From contig CAWBOS010000012.1 in assembly GCA_963790475.1 (NCBI GenBank), positions 1,472,001 to 1,536,000 of the forward strand: a DNA stretch of 64,000 nt. The letters are read 5' to 3'. The stretch's first letter is position 1. Every line of letters begins with the position of its first letter. Of the stretch, positions 1-11,159 are shown piece after piece. The position numbers were made by a program, and so were the translations under genes. The stretch is from an uncultured delta proteobacterium (GTDB lineage Bacteria > Desulfobacterota > RBG-13-43-22). Under the pieces are notes generated by a model. The model did not search any database. It had not been told where the DNA came from and was given only the letters and a program-made list of their open reading frames with translations.

Positions 1-702
1 AACCGCGGGGGCCTGGTCAATGTTATCATTGATTTGTGCCTTCCAGACCAAGGTACCGCGATTGGCATCCAAGGCGTACAGGTTCCCATCAGCAGAGCCA
101 ATATACAAAAGGCCGTTGACCACCGTCGCTGAGCCATCGATGAAATTTTCGCTTTTAAACTGCCAGCGCAGTTCTCCCGAATGGCGATTCAAAGCGATAA
201 CCCGGCCATCCAGCAAACCCAGAAACAACAAGTCGTTGGCTATGGCCGGTGACGAATTCACGGGACCGGTGGTCCGGTAAGTCCAGATTGGTTTCCCATC
301 GGAGACCTTTAGAGCAAGCACCTTGAAGTTGTCTCCCACATACAGGACCCCGTCTGACACTGCCGGGGAAGAGTCAGCCGACTCGGACTGAGCCAGTGAC
401 CAACGGATTTTCCCTTTAAAAGAAACCCGTTGATCAAGATGACGCTGGTGGGTGGGAGTTCGGGCATAGGTCGCCCATTCCCCCGGCTGAGCACCGTTTT
501 CGATCCGAGAAGAGAGGTGATAAAACAGCAATCGCAGGTTCGGGATAAAGGGGCTGCTCAAGACCAGGTAGGTGAGAAATCCAAAGAACAGGAGCAGGAT
601 AAGGCCCCTAAATTTCCAACCTACTTTTTTTGCGGCACCATGAGGCGAATTAGAACGCCTCTTGTTATACCAGATGGTCTTTTTGAAATCGAATTCTTCC
701 AG
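1..702 (-). CDS. PQQ-like/BamB-like beta-propeller repeat protein, runs off the window edge; start codon uncertain
   Basis: Manual translation of the minus strand: TM segment, then SSPAVSDGVLYVG..LALKVSDGKPIWTY..NSSPAIANDLLFLG..IALNRHSGELRWQF..GLLYIGSADGNLYALDANRGTLVWK. The frame is open up to a stop at 703-705. Confidence 0.8.
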   Translation of the reverse strand, partial: MEEFDFKKTIWYNKRRSNSPHGAAKKVGWKFRGLILLLFFGFLTYLVLSSPFIPNLRLLFYHLSSRIENGAQPGEWATYARTPTHQRHLDQRVSFKGKIRWSLAQSESADSSPAVSDGVLYVGDNFKVLALKVSDGKPIWTYRTTGPVNSSPAIANDLLFLGLLDGRVIALNRHSGELRWQFKSENFIDGSATVVNGLLYIGSADGNLYALDANRGTLVWKAQINDNIDQAPAV

Positions 703-1384
703 TTAAATAACCTTCTTTTGTTTTATATCTGACGCGGATGGACACTACCATATCTGCTGAATTATTGCAGCATGTTTAATGTCCTGAGACCTCCATAAAA
801 TAAGGTTAACCGGAGATTAAGGGTAAAGAAGCTTTGGGCTTTATGGTGGACAACCCCGGAAAAGAGGACCTCCCGGTCCCATTTAATGCGAGCTCTTCAT
901 TTTCATGTCAAGACTATTATGAGACCCTTTCTTACTATTGGTTTCCTGACATCCTGGATGAGACTCTAATTCCTCCGCAGATATGGAGTCTTGAATTATG
1001 AAACTACTTTTGATAAACTGAAAAAAATTACTTACTCAGACCGGAGTATTTCGTTATGGAGACCATGGATTTCAGGCCTTGAAGACTCTGGAGTCGGGTC
1101 CGCTCAACCCGGAAGAAATGGAACGGATGAGAAAAATCGGGGATTACCTCCATGGGGATTAATGAAATCCTTGTTTAACTTGGGGGAGTGAATTTAACTT
1201 TTTTAAGCAGGGGGGGTCTGATTCATTAAAATAAAATGTTTTAAAACTCATTGCAATTACTTTAACCGTTGTAATTCTAATTAAGAAGGGAGGCGACTAA
1301 TCCGGAATTACCTTAATCCTAAAAGTTGTGCAACCCTTATTCGCCTTTCGGCGCCAAAAATTATCTTTAGAAGGAGGAATGATC

Positions 1385-1867
1385 ATGAAAAAGAAGGTTA
1401 ATCTGTCTGCTCGTTCGGCTGTACCCGTTATGGTGATGGCGGTTTTCCTGGCCGCTATCTTTTTTACCTGGGCCAATCTTTCAATGGCGGCTGCGGCCGA
1501 CCAGTCTGCTCCGGCCAAAGTCAGGCGCTCACACGTGGAACGGACCGAGGCCCACATTAAAGACCTTCAGGCTGCCCTCAAAATTACCAAAGAACAGCAG
1601 GGGTTATGGGATGAAGTTACCAAGGTGATGAGGGAGAATGCCAAGATCCTGGAGGACCTCATCAAGGCCAGGATTGATAAAAAGAATAATATGAATGCTG
1701 TTGAGGATCTTAAATCCTACAGCCAGATTTCTGAAGCCCAATTAGAAGGGATGAAGAAGTTCATTCCGGCTTTTGAGGCCCTTTATAACAGCATGTCGGA
1801 TGAACAAAAGAAAAATGCCGACGTTTTATTTAAAATGGGCAGGCATGGACAGCACAGAAGGAAATAA
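1385..1867 (+). CDS. Spy/CpxP (LTXXQ motif) family periplasmic protein
   Basis: Signal peptide, LKITKEQ and MSDEQKK motifs; AGGAGG RBS before ATG 1385. Confidence 0.8.
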   Translation: MKKKVNLSARSAVPVMVMAVFLAAIFFTWANLSMAAAADQSAPAKVRRSHVERTEAHIKDLQAALKITKEQQGLWDEVTKVMRENAKILEDLIKARIDKKNNMNAVEDLKSYSQISEAQLEGMKKFIPAFEALYNSMSDEQKKNADVLFKMGRHGQHRRK

Positions 1868-1940
1868 TCGCCCGGGCCGCTGCCTCAAGATCGGGCACCT
1901 ATCAGGCGATCGGGAATTATTTCAATAAAGGAGGTCTGTT

Positions 1941-2273
1941 ATGAAAAAAATAAAGATAAGAGACAAGAAAATCTGGTCTACTGCGGGCAAGATTCTTGTC
2001 GGACTGGTATTGGTTTCCATGGTCGGCGGCCTATCCCCCCTACCGGCCAATGGTGAAGATTTTAGACGGGGGGGCCCCCATGACCGAGACCGGTTTGAAC
2101 GCCGGGACCGAGACCGGTTTGAACGCCGGGACCGAGGTCGGGATGGCTATTACCACCGGCGGGTCTATCGAGATTATCGTCCCTCACATCGTGGTTATGG
2201 GCCTCCTACGGTGTTTATTGAGCCACCGCCGCCTCCGCCGGGCTTCAGTATTTTTTTCCCCTTTGGCCGGTAA
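1941..2273 (+). CDS. Small secreted Arg/Pro-rich hypothetical protein
   Basis: AAGGAGG RBS, signal-like segment, tandem DRDRFERR repeat, poly-Pro C-terminus. Confidence 0.65.
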   Translation: MKKIKIRDKKIWSTAGKILVGLVLVSMVGGLSPLPANGEDFRRGGPHDRDRFERRDRDRFERRDRGRDGYYHRRVYRDYRPSHRGYGPPTVFIEPPPPPPGFSIFFPFGR

Positions 2274-2464
2274 GAGGGGGGTCCGTAGGACCATAAGCCT
2301 GACGTTGTTCAGTTTATCCGTTAGATTTTCTTAAGCCTCAATCCGGGGACACCAGGCCTATTTGATTTTTGGCATTTTTCTAAATCAGGATATTGGGCTG
2401 GATGTCCCCGGAATTTTAATTTCAATATACGGTTGTGGAAAGTTCTTCAGCGCGGAGGGTAGAT

Positions 2465-3328
2465 ATGGGCGTTCGGTTTCGTTGGCTGGGATATGTCTGT
2501 TTCGAGTTTGTCCTGCCCTCGGGCAAAGTGCTGGTAGTCGATCCTTATATCGACTATTCACCCACGGCGCCGATTAAAGGCAGTGAAGTTACCGGCGCCG
2601 ATTACATCGCCCTCACCCACGGTCATTACGATCACATTACCGATGTCGGATATCTTCTGCACAAATTCCATTCCAAAGTAATATGCAGCCGGGAAATCGC
2701 CGAACCCTTATCCAGAGTCTTCAATATCGATTTGGGGGACCTCATCCGGGTCAGCGCCGATGACAGGGTCGATTTCTGCGATCTGCGTATCGAGGTTAAG
2801 CGAGGTCAACACATCAATCTGCTCCCGCCGATGCGTCAGGCCTACGCGCAACTCCTGGGTAAAGAGGCTGACTTGGCCTGGTCTTTTAAGAAGATTCAAA
2901 AGGAAATAGAGACCGCCTTGAACCGCATTCAAAAACCGGAAACGACCGCGATGCTGGAAAAACTTGATCGGGCCGGGGTGACGGGAGGCGAGCAATTAAA
3001 TTTTCTTTTCCAGACTGAGGACAATCTGCGCCTTTTCTTCTACAGTTCGGGCCCTGAAGACCACCTGCGTCCGATTGCGGCCGAGGCGCGTCCCCAGGCC
3101 ATTTTCATTCAACTGGGAGGAACGGATTTAGAAAAAATGGCGGAGATGGCCGCAATCTCCGGTGCAGGCCTGGTCATTCCCACGCATCACGACGGCAACG
3201 GGGTGGAGAGCTCCCAGCGCTTAGCCGGAAAATTCGCCCACCTGTTGGCAAAAAAAACAAAAGCCCGGTTTGTGAATATCGAACACGGGAAGTGGTACGA
3301 AATCGCAACTCATTGCCAGCCCCTCTGA
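2465..3328 (+). CDS. Metallo-beta-lactamase-fold hydrolase (UPF0173-like)
   Basis: RWLG..VDPY and THGHYDH metal motif, C-terminal IPTHHD. Confidence 0.85.
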   Translation: MGVRFRWLGYVCFEFVLPSGKVLVVDPYIDYSPTAPIKGSEVTGADYIALTHGHYDHITDVGYLLHKFHSKVICSREIAEPLSRVFNIDLGDLIRVSADDRVDFCDLRIEVKRGQHINLLPPMRQAYAQLLGKEADLAWSFKKIQKEIETALNRIQKPETTAMLEKLDRAGVTGGEQLNFLFQTEDNLRLFFYSSGPEDHLRPIAAEARPQAIFIQLGGTDLEKMAEMAAISGAGLVIPTHHDGNGVESSQRLAGKFAHLLAKKTKARFVNIEHGKWYEIATHCQPL

Positions 3329-3386
3329 GAAATCAAGAAGTCTTATTTAATATCAGAAGGCCATCCGGGTCACCAGGGGAGAAAAC

Positions 3387-4430
3387 ATGAAGGAATTTAT
3401 CGATCTGAGAAGCGACACCGTCACCAAACCCACGCCGGGTATGCGAAAAGCCATGGCCGGAGCGGAAGTGGGGGATGACGTTTACGGGGAAGACCCCACG
3501 GTCAACGCCCTGCAGAAAAAAGTGGCCAGGATGTTAGGTAAAGAGAGGGCTATTTTTGTTCCTTCCGGGACAATGGCCAATCAATTATCCATCAAGGCCC
3601 ACACTCAGCCCGGAGACGAGGTTATCCTCGAGGCTACGTCTCATCCCTATAATTTTGAAGGCGGGGCCGCAGCTGTTTTGTCCGGGGTCCAATTTTTCTG
3701 TCTTCCGGGGACAAGAGGTATTCTCGAGGTCTCTCAGGTCGAAGAGGCCATCCGACCCCTCGATGCCCACTTCCCGGTGACCAGACTGGTCTGTCTGGAG
3801 AACACCCATAACCGTGGGGGAGGGTCTGTCTATCCTATTAAGAACCTGTCAGAGATTTATAAACTGGCCAAATCCAAGGGCCTTTCGGTCCATCTAGATG
3901 GTGCGAGACTCTGGAACGCTTCAGCGGCCACCGGAATCAAACCATCCGAATATGCCCGATGGGCGGATTCGGTATCGGTTTGCCTTTCAAAGGGGTTGGG
4001 GGCCCCAGTCGGCTCCCTGGTAGCCGCCTCCGCCGCTACTATCGATCGAGTCCACCGCTTTCGGAAAATGTTCGGCGGCGGGATGCGTCAAGCCGGAATT
4101 CTGGCGGCTGCCGGGATCTATGCCCTGGGCCATCATCTGAAAAGGCTGAAGGTCACCCATGATCAGGCCAAACGCCTGGCCCTTTTTCTCTCGGGATGCG
4201 AAGGAGTCTCCATCGATCCCGATCAGGTTGAGACAAATATCGTCATCTTCGATGTGTCCCAAAGCCGAAAAACACCGGCGCAGGTAGCCAAGGCCATGAA
4301 GGCAAAAGGGGTATTGATCCATTCCCTGGGCAAGACCCAGATTCGTTTGGTGACCCATATCGACATCTCCGACGCCGGTATTGAAAAGGCCATCGAAGCC
4401 TTTAAACAGGTATTCCATTATTCGGGATGA
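3387..4430 (+). CDS. ltaE: Low-specificity L-threonine aldolase
   Basis: [40 protein letters not shown] and CLSKGLGAP motifs. Confidence 0.95.
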   Translation: MKEFIDLRSDTVTKPTPGMRKAMAGAEVGDDVYGEDPTVNALQKKVARMLGKERAIFVPSGTMANQLSIKAHTQPGDEVILEATSHPYNFEGGAAAVLSGVQFFCLPGTRGILEVSQVEEAIRPLDAHFPVTRLVCLENTHNRGGGSVYPIKNLSEIYKLAKSKGLSVHLDGARLWNASAATGIKPSEYARWADSVSVCLSKGLGAPVGSLVAASAATIDRVHRFRKMFGGGMRQAGILAAAGIYALGHHLKRLKVTHDQAKRLALFLSGCEGVSIDPDQVETNIVIFDVSQSRKTPAQVAKAMKAKGVLIHSLGKTQIRLVTHIDISDAGIEKAIEAFKQVFHYSG

Positions 4431-4693
4431 AAGAGCCAGCGTTATCTCTATAAATTCAAAGCTCTCATATATTCTCGCATTGAAAAATACAGTCCTCTCA
4501 CAGCGATAATAATGTCAAGCCGTTATTGTTCCTTTCAACCCATTCCCTAAAATAGGAACCAGGAGTTGTCTCACCCAACAACCGGGAGGCCGAGTGAAGA
4601 CCCATAACAGGTAATCCCTATGAACCGGCCTTAACTTGGGGGAGGGAGCTTCAAGGCTGAGAAAGCCTCGTCAAGGCAGAAAGAGAGGACAGG

Positions 4694-6049
4694 ATGCAGA
4701 TGGTCAATAAGAAGGCAACTCGCCTTATGATTTGGTTGATGGTGCTGGTCTTAGCCGTACCGCTCCAGCTTCCGGCCCAGAACACCGCGGGGGCGGACAA
4801 TACGGAAGGAAATTACACCTACTCTCAGGAACGGCTCGACCGACTGCTGGCCCCCATAGCCCTCTATCCGGACGTCCTCCTTTCTCAGATCCTCATGGCC
4901 TCAACCTACCCTCTTGAGGTGGTCGAGGCCGACCGCTGGCTCAGACAAAGAGCGGGGCTTACGGGGGACCAACTCGATGAGGCCTTGAAAGAAATGCCGT
5001 GGGACCTGAGTGTGAAATCGCTTTGCCATTTTCCGAAGGCTCTCGACATGATGAGCACCAAACTCCAGTTTACGACGGACCTGGGGAATGCCTTCTTAGA
5101 CCAGAAGGACCAGGTGATGAATACGATCCAAAGCCTGCGGGCCAGAGCACGAGCAGCAGGGACTTTGGCTTCCTTAAGTAATGAAAGGGTTGTCGACCAG
5201 GACCCCTATATCTCGATTGACCCTGTTGAACCGGAGGTCATTTACGTTCCGTATTATGATCCGTGTACGATCTACGGACCGTGGTGGTATCCTGAGTGCG
5301 GACCCCTGTGGTTCTGGTGGCCTGACGTTGTGATTGGAGTGGGTTTCTTTTTCGGCCCCCCCATCTTTTTCGGCCGCCTGCACGGCTGGTGCGGGTTTCA
5401 CTGGCGTCACCACGACATCTTTGTCCATGTAAACCGGGTAGGCTTTCTCGGGAGAGTGGGTATTACCAGGCTGCACGGTGGTGTGGAAACCTGGGTCCAT
5501 AACCCCATACACCGCAGAGGAGTGGCCTATCCCGGCCCGGCGACGGCCCGCCGCTTCGGACAGGCTCCGCGGCCGGGTGTGGAAGCCCGGCGCCTTTTCA
5601 GGGGATTTCCATCCACGGAGGGGGCTCCCGGGTCGCGGGCTATGCCCGCCAGACCGACACCCGGCCCTGTTGAGCGAGGAGAAAGGCTGGAAAGATCGAG
5701 GCCTCCGGAGGTTCAACGACCGTCCAAACCGGAGGGCTTGAGCCGCCCTCCCGAGGTTCTAAGGCCAAGCAGGCCGGAACCCAGGTTTCAGGCAGCCCCC
5801 CGGCCCTCAGGGGGAGCAGGGCCGATGGTCCAGCCACAGTTCCGGCAGCCGAGAATGGGCAACCCTTTCGAGGGTTTCGGACGCAGCGGTCCGGAAGTGA
5901 GACAGCACAGCGAGCGTGGTTTCCAAAGTCTTCAGGGCGGCCGGCCCAGCGGAGGCTTTCAGCAGGGTGGTCGGCCAAGTGGTGGCGGGGGAACGCCCCC
6001 GGGGGGAGGCTTCAGTGGAAGAAGCAGCCCTGGGCGTGGTCGGAGATGA
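4694..6049 (+). CDS. DUF3300 domain protein
   Basis: LLAPIALYPDVLLSQILMASTYPLEVVEA signature; G/R/P-rich tail. Confidence 0.9.
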   Translation: MQMVNKKATRLMIWLMVLVLAVPLQLPAQNTAGADNTEGNYTYSQERLDRLLAPIALYPDVLLSQILMASTYPLEVVEADRWLRQRAGLTGDQLDEALKEMPWDLSVKSLCHFPKALDMMSTKLQFTTDLGNAFLDQKDQVMNTIQSLRARARAAGTLASLSNERVVDQDPYISIDPVEPEVIYVPYYDPCTIYGPWWYPECGPLWFWWPDVVIGVGFFFGPPIFFGRLHGWCGFHWRHHDIFVHVNRVGFLGRVGITRLHGGVETWVHNPIHRRGVAYPGPATARRFGQAPRPGVEARRLFRGFPSTEGAPGSRAMPARPTPGPVERGERLERSRPPEVQRPSKPEGLSRPPEVLRPSRPEPRFQAAPRPSGGAGPMVQPQFRQPRMGNPFEGFGRSGPEVRQHSERGFQSLQGGRPSGGFQQGGRPSGGGGTPPGGGFSGRSSPGRGRR

Positions 6050-6094
6050 GCCATCTGAGAGATTCGGCTTACGATTGAATAACGGAGGAAAGTT

Positions 6095-7057
6095 ATGGAC
6101 CTGTTCAGACATAAAGAAAAAAGTCTTTTCCCTTCGAGAGTTATCCCTGTCCTGGTTATTGCCTTGTTTTTGGTAGGGATAACCGGCCTTACCAGCCATT
6201 CCTCTCGACTGAAACACCAGGAGACCTTCAGTTCTCCGGAGGAAGCCTTCAAAACCATGATGGAGGCCATCAAGACCGGCAATAGTTCACACTTAGTCCG
6301 TCTTTTCGGCCCCCAGGGGAAGGCCCTTTTTTCGGAGGAGGCCCGATTGAGCGGGCAGACGTTAGGTCGGTTTCTAAAGGAATACGGGGAAAAGAACAGG
6401 TTGGAAAAGATAGGTAAAAATATGGTTGTGCTGCATGTCGGCCAGGAAGACTGGCCCTGGCCTATTCCGGCGGTCAAGGTTGGAACGCGATGGCGGTTCG
6501 ACGTTGAGAAGGGCAAAAGGGAAATCCTGGCCCGAAGAATCGGCGGGAATGAAGTGGCCGCCGTTCAAGTCTGTCTGGCCTATGTTGATGCCCAGCGTGA
6601 ATATGCCCGGGAGCATCCCACAGCCAAGGGATTGGGCGAGTACGCCGAAAAATTTATGAGCGACGAGGGGAAAGAAGACGGCCTGTGCTGGGTTCCGGGG
6701 AAAGAAAAAAAGCAAAGCCCCATCGGACCGCTGTTAGCCAATGCCTGCCAGATTGATTACTCGGGCACCCGGCCGAAGGGAAAGCCCGCTCCTTACTACG
6801 GTTATTATTACAAGATTCTGACTCGGCAAGGCAAAGATGCTCCAGGAGGCGCCTATGATTATATCGTCGATGACAAGATGATCGGAGGATTTGCCCTGGT
6901 CGCTTACCCGGCCTTCTACGGAAAGTCAGGCATAATGACCTTGATTGTCAACCAGGACGGGCAGGTCTATGAGAAAGACCTCTTGGAAAAGACCGAAAAA
7001 ATTGCCAGTGCCATGAAGGAATTCAATCCGGATAAAACCTGGAAAAAAGTGGATTAA
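6095..7057 (+). CDS. DUF2950 domain protein
   Basis: WPWPIP, EILARRIGGNE, YVDAQREY, PYYGYYYKIL, GFALVAYPA; usual partner of DUF3300. Confidence 0.9.
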   Translation: MDLFRHKEKSLFPSRVIPVLVIALFLVGITGLTSHSSRLKHQETFSSPEEAFKTMMEAIKTGNSSHLVRLFGPQGKALFSEEARLSGQTLGRFLKEYGEKNRLEKIGKNMVVLHVGQEDWPWPIPAVKVGTRWRFDVEKGKREILARRIGGNEVAAVQVCLAYVDAQREYAREHPTAKGLGEYAEKFMSDEGKEDGLCWVPGKEKKQSPIGPLLANACQIDYSGTRPKGKPAPYYGYYYKILTRQGKDAPGGAYDYIVDDKMIGGFALVAYPAFYGKSGIMTLIVNQDGQVYEKDLLEKTEKIASAMKEFNPDKTWKKVD

Positions 7058-7395
7058 GAATTGTGCCTGTGCAATTGTCCTGCTCATGTGCCGGTTTCGT
7101 CTGCTCGGGTACCTCGGGCTACGATACTTCCTTGATGAGTCGGAGTTGGGTGTCAGACCAGGCGATGTCCTTCTTTCCATCTCCAAAAGGGCTTATTTCA
7201 ATACACTTCCAACATGGGATTAAATATTCTCCCACCCGCCCAGCTTGCCTGAAAAATGGGATGTTGAAGCCGAATCCCTGGATATCGGGGGAGCTTCAGA
7301 AATAACCATGGGATTATGGGCTCAGGCAAGTTCGCAGAATGAAATCGTCCCTTTGGACCAAGGGGTTATTACCTTTTGTCAAAAAAGGAGGATAA

Positions 7396-8029
7396 ATGGC
7401 AAATCTTATCACACGGAGACTCGGCCGCACTGATCGGCAGGTAACAACTCTCGGTCTTGGCGGTCAAGCTTCAATTCAGTGGACTGGTCCTGATATTAAC
7501 CCGATTTCTATCAGTAGCAGGCATCAGCACCGTTATCATCGGAATTGGACATATTGATCAAGATCCCAATCGATGCCAACTGGAGCAAAATCTTAAAGCC
7601 GCTCAGCTTGAAAATCCATTGATCGCCGACAAGATGAAAGCCATTGAGGGTAAGGTGATTGCGGCAGGGAAGGAACAGGTCAATTCCTACTTCCAACGCA
7701 AATATATCGGGCTGACCGCACCACGAAATGTGGGTATGGAAGCCGACATGGCCGGACCAAATTTCGGTCACCTAGCGGTAAGAGTCAGTTGGGATACCGC
7801 CTACGCCGGTAAGTTTCCCGAAGAACGTTATGATATAGTGTTTGACGATAAGCTTGTGGCCGGTCTTTCCCACCATCCTCAGATCACCACAAGACGTTTC
7901 CATTATGATATGATTTTCAACAAGGACCAGAAACCCGCAATTCATCGCTGTTTAGTACGGGTAGTCGATAGCAGTGGGAAAACAGTGGATAGCAACATCT
8001 TGTCTATCAATCTGGGGGCCATGATTTAG
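7396..8029 (+). pseudogene. Aldo/keto reductase with a large internal deletion and frameshift
   Basis: RBS plus ATG 7396 gives MANLITRRLGRTDRQVTTLGLGGQASIQW (AKR N-terminus); at ~7510 it joins the C-terminal part (ISTVIIGIGHI...) in another frame. Confidence 0.7.
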
Positions 8030-8234
8030 GATCACCAAGGGGGTAGGTCCCCTTCACTTTTCACGGAATGGTTGTTTAATAGTGTCAAAGGTCTGAAGTT
8101 AAGCCCGGGGCGGACCTCCCTCGAAGAGCTCGGGATCTACAACTTGCTTTATACCAATATTTTTGCTATCATGTTGAGCAAGTTAGATTGATTGAATAAA
8201 TCAAAACACCATTTCTGTTGAAGGAAGGAACTGA

Positions 8235-8594
8235 ATGGATATTAAAGGCAAAATCAACGTGGAAAATCAGAGGAAGAGTGCCCTGAAAAATCTTGAAGCC
8301 CAGCGGGTTTTTCTGAAAGAAAAAGGGCTCAAGATCGATGAGATCAAAAAAAATGTTATAGTGCGAAAGCTGAAAGCCGAAGTAAGAAAAGCTGATTTTC
8401 GGATGAGCCGCATTGCCGATCAGGAGAAACAAGACCTGGATCTGGCCCAAGCGAAGGCTGAAAAGCTGGCATCCGGGAAGAAGGCCAAGGAAGAATCAAA
8501 GAAAGAGGCCAAAGTAGAAGAGCAGGGAACGAAAGGAGAAAAGGAAAGATCGGAAAAGAAGACCAAATCCGAGGGAAAGAAGGACAAGAAATAG
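8235..8594 (+). CDS. Lys/Glu-rich hypothetical protein
   Basis: RBS, coiled-coil-like composition. Confidence 0.6.
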   Translation: MDIKGKINVENQRKSALKNLEAQRVFLKEKGLKIDEIKKNVIVRKLKAEVRKADFRMSRIADQEKQDLDLAQAKAEKLASGKKAKEESKKEAKVEEQGTKGEKERSEKKTKSEGKKDKK

Positions 8595-8699
8595 AAGATT
8601 TTGTCCTGCTTGTCTCTTTGCCCCGGACTTGTTCTTGCCCTATCCTCATTCCACCAAAAAGCAGCTTGCAGATTGTAGAGAAAAGGAGGGTTAACGATT

Positions 8700-9386
8700 A
8701 TGGATGCGGGCCCGACTATTTTTACAGTTAAGGAAGTAACCACAGAGACGGAGCAGATGCGCCTGTTCTCTCTGGTGGCAGAAAAGACATGGTCTTTCAT
8801 CCCGGGGCAGGTAGCCATTCTCGGGATGGAGGGAATTGGCGAATCGTACTATGCCATCGCCTCCGCGCCCGAGGACAAAAATGGCCTGGAGGTCCTGGTG
8901 AAGGACGGGAAGGGCGTGTCAGCCAACTTGTTCAGAGCGAATAAGGGGGATAAAATACAAGGCAAGGGGCCAGTTGGCAAAGGCTTCCCGGTCGACAACT
9001 ATCCCGGTCGAGATTTCATTATGGCGGCGGTAGGGAGTGCCATATCACCCATGAGAAGTGTTATAAGACACATTTGTGCCAAGCGAGGTCAGTACGGGAA
9101 AATATCATTAATATACGGTGTCAGATTCCCCAATGACTTCTCCTTCCTCAAGGAAGTCAAGGACTGGGAGAAATCGGATATTACGGTAACGCTAACCATC
9201 AGCCGTCCCGAGGGGACGAACTGGACCGGAAAGACCGGATATGTAGAACTTTATTTCCCGGAGGCTCTTAAGCAACTGAAACAACCGGTGGCCTTAATCT
9301 GCGGTATGAAAGCCATGCAGGAACAGAGCCGGGATGAACTGGTCAAACTGGGTGTGGCGTCCGACCAAGTCCTGACCAACTACTAG
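8700..9386 (+). CDS. FAD/NAD(P)-binding oxidoreductase (FNR-like)
   Basis: FIPGQ, YAIAS, GPVGKGF, AVGSAISP, LICG motifs; no C-terminal Fe-S Cys cluster. Confidence 0.85.
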   Translation: MDAGPTIFTVKEVTTETEQMRLFSLVAEKTWSFIPGQVAILGMEGIGESYYAIASAPEDKNGLEVLVKDGKGVSANLFRANKGDKIQGKGPVGKGFPVDNYPGRDFIMAAVGSAISPMRSVIRHICAKRGQYGKISLIYGVRFPNDFSFLKEVKDWEKSDITVTLTISRPEGTNWTGKTGYVELYFPEALKQLKQPVALICGMKAMQEQSRDELVKLGVASDQVLTNY

Positions 9387-9392
9387 TGTAGT

Positions 9393-10934
9393 CCCGGATG
9401 TTGCATAAAAAAAGTGCAAATTTTGTAAAGACCGATCAGGCGGCCTTTTTAAAAGCATCCAGATACACAAAAAAGTCTCTTTGGACTGATTCATTTCCAT
9501 TAAGCGTCAGGGTTAGTTGCTTTTGGGGTAACGTTAATCTCCCTGCTCTTTGAATAATCAGATGGCGTAAAGTTTTTAATTCTTCAAAACACCATAGAGG
9601 GGCTCTTTTCTCGGTCGTCCCTCTTTCCCTTGGACGAGCCGCCATTTGTAATTCGCGGGTTAAATTGTGGGCCATGATTGCAGCCATCGTATAAAGCTGG
9701 TTTCCGCCCCAGCGACGAACAGGGATATAATCCATTTGAGCTTGAGATTTCAATTCTCCAAAGAGTCCTTCCTGGTCGGCGCGCCCATTATGGAACATCA
9801 ATACCTTCTTAGCCTTGACCCGCTTGTTGGTTACGATGACTTTAAATTCGTAGCCTTCCTCCCGAGGAACGAATAAGTCCAGTTGAATCGGACCTCGGAA
9901 AGCCAGGGAGACTCGTTGACGGATGCACAGGAAACGAAATCGGTTATCCCATTTCTTGGGTTTCCAAAACGTTTCAAACCAAGACCATCGGTCATCCAGC
10001 CGCTTCCAACGTTTTCGCTCCTGGATCATTTGTTTCCATTCGGCAAAACGTTCAAAAGGCACTGACAGAGTAAACTCAACCCCTTGTTCTTCTAAAAACG
10101 GTACGAGGTTATCGTTAAAAAAGGCGCTGTCCAGTCGGGCTTCTATGATTACGCCGGGAAGGGCTTCCTTCAAGAGGCGTAGGCATTGTTCGATAAATTC
10201 CCGTGCTCCATTAGAGTCGTGGACATTTCCGGAACGAAACAGGGTATCGAAAACCTGCCCGGTTTGGGCAATGGTGCAGAACAAAGGATAATAACTGCGG
10301 GCTCCTTTTTTCTTTTTGTTATACCCCACAGCGGTTCCCTCCGCTCGACGCTGACAGGTCCAAAGAACGGATCCGTCAAAATCCAGTGTCAGACGAAAAG
10401 GAGCCAACTTTTGCAGTCTGGCAATAACCTGGTTCCGGCATAGTTCCCGAACTTTTTCGATGGCCGAAATATCAATCGTTCGCAAAGCGCGAGAAACCGT
10501 TGAGACCTCTGGCAGCCTTTTTAACCCTAATAAACGCTTGATCAAGGGATCATCTTGGTAATAATCCAGATCCCTCAGCTTACGGAAACCCAGTAAAAGG
10601 TGAAAGATCAAAAGAAGCATAATGAGGTGATGACCAAATATCTCGGAAACTTTTAAATGGTCAAAACATTTCTTGAGTTGTGCTTTGAGATTCAGGTTCT
10701 GGAGCAGTGGCTGATAAATAACTAGCCCGGCAAATGAGGTCAATTGTTGATTTTCAAACTTGATGGCTGGAATTTTAAACATTCGACTAAAAATATTCCT
10801 TTTGCTATACTTCACCTTAGGTGGCCTCCTGTATCGGTTCTTTTGAGATGTGCTAATTTCACTTTAGCCAATACTGGAGCCACCTTCAAGCATTTTCATG
10901 GTGTTTTATGCACTTTTATTATGCAACTATGAGG
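9393..10934 (-). mobile_element. IS1380-family insertion sequence
   Basis: Imperfect IRs cccggatgttgcataaaaaaagtgca / revcomp cctcatagttgcataataaaagtgca; TAGT directly flanks both ends (4-bp TSD). Confidence 0.85.
9436..10815 (-). CDS. IS1380-family DDE transposase
   Basis: LTSFAGL, TLDFDGSV, GYNKKKKGARSYYPL, RLDSAFF motifs. Confidence 0.92.
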   Translation of the reverse strand: MKYSKRNIFSRMFKIPAIKFENQQLTSFAGLVIYQPLLQNLNLKAQLKKCFDHLKVSEIFGHHLIMLLLIFHLLLGFRKLRDLDYYQDDPLIKRLLGLKRLPEVSTVSRALRTIDISAIEKVRELCRNQVIARLQKLAPFRLTLDFDGSVLWTCQRRAEGTAVGYNKKKKGARSYYPLFCTIAQTGQVFDTLFRSGNVHDSNGAREFIEQCLRLLKEALPGVIIEARLDSAFFNDNLVPFLEEQGVEFTLSVPFERFAEWKQMIQERKRWKRLDDRWSWFETFWKPKKWDNRFRFLCIRQRVSLAFRGPIQLDLFVPREEGYEFKVIVTNKRVKAKKVLMFHNGRADQEGLFGELKSQAQMDYIPVRRWGGNQLYTMAAIMAHNLTRELQMAARPRERGTTEKRAPLWCFEELKTLRHLIIQRAGRLTLPQKQLTLTLNGNESVQRDFFVYLDAFKKAA

Positions 10935-10963
10935 TAGTGTAACAGTAATCCCTTCCCATGGTT

Positions 10964-11069
10964 GTCATTCCGGACTTGATCCGGAATCCAGTCTTTTCAA
11001 CCTGGATTCCTGCTTTCGCGGGACTTGATCCGGAATCCAGTCTTTTCAACCTGGATTCCTGCTTTCGCG
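10964..11069. repeat. REP-like palindrome (GTCATTCC..GGAATCCAG..CTGGATTCC) with an exact 49-nt tandem duplication
   Basis: 10972-11020 is identical to 11021-11069. Confidence 0.85.
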
Positions 11070-11159
11070 AGACCTTATGATTGAAAAAGAAAGGCAAGTC
11101 TCGAGTTTTCGGATATAGTCTTTTGTAGCAGCAAAAAACAAACCGAAAGGAGACTTGCC

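Noticed and set aside
4540-4690. Possible riboswitch in the DUF3300 leader
   Set aside because: No consensus I can recognise; would need an Rfam search
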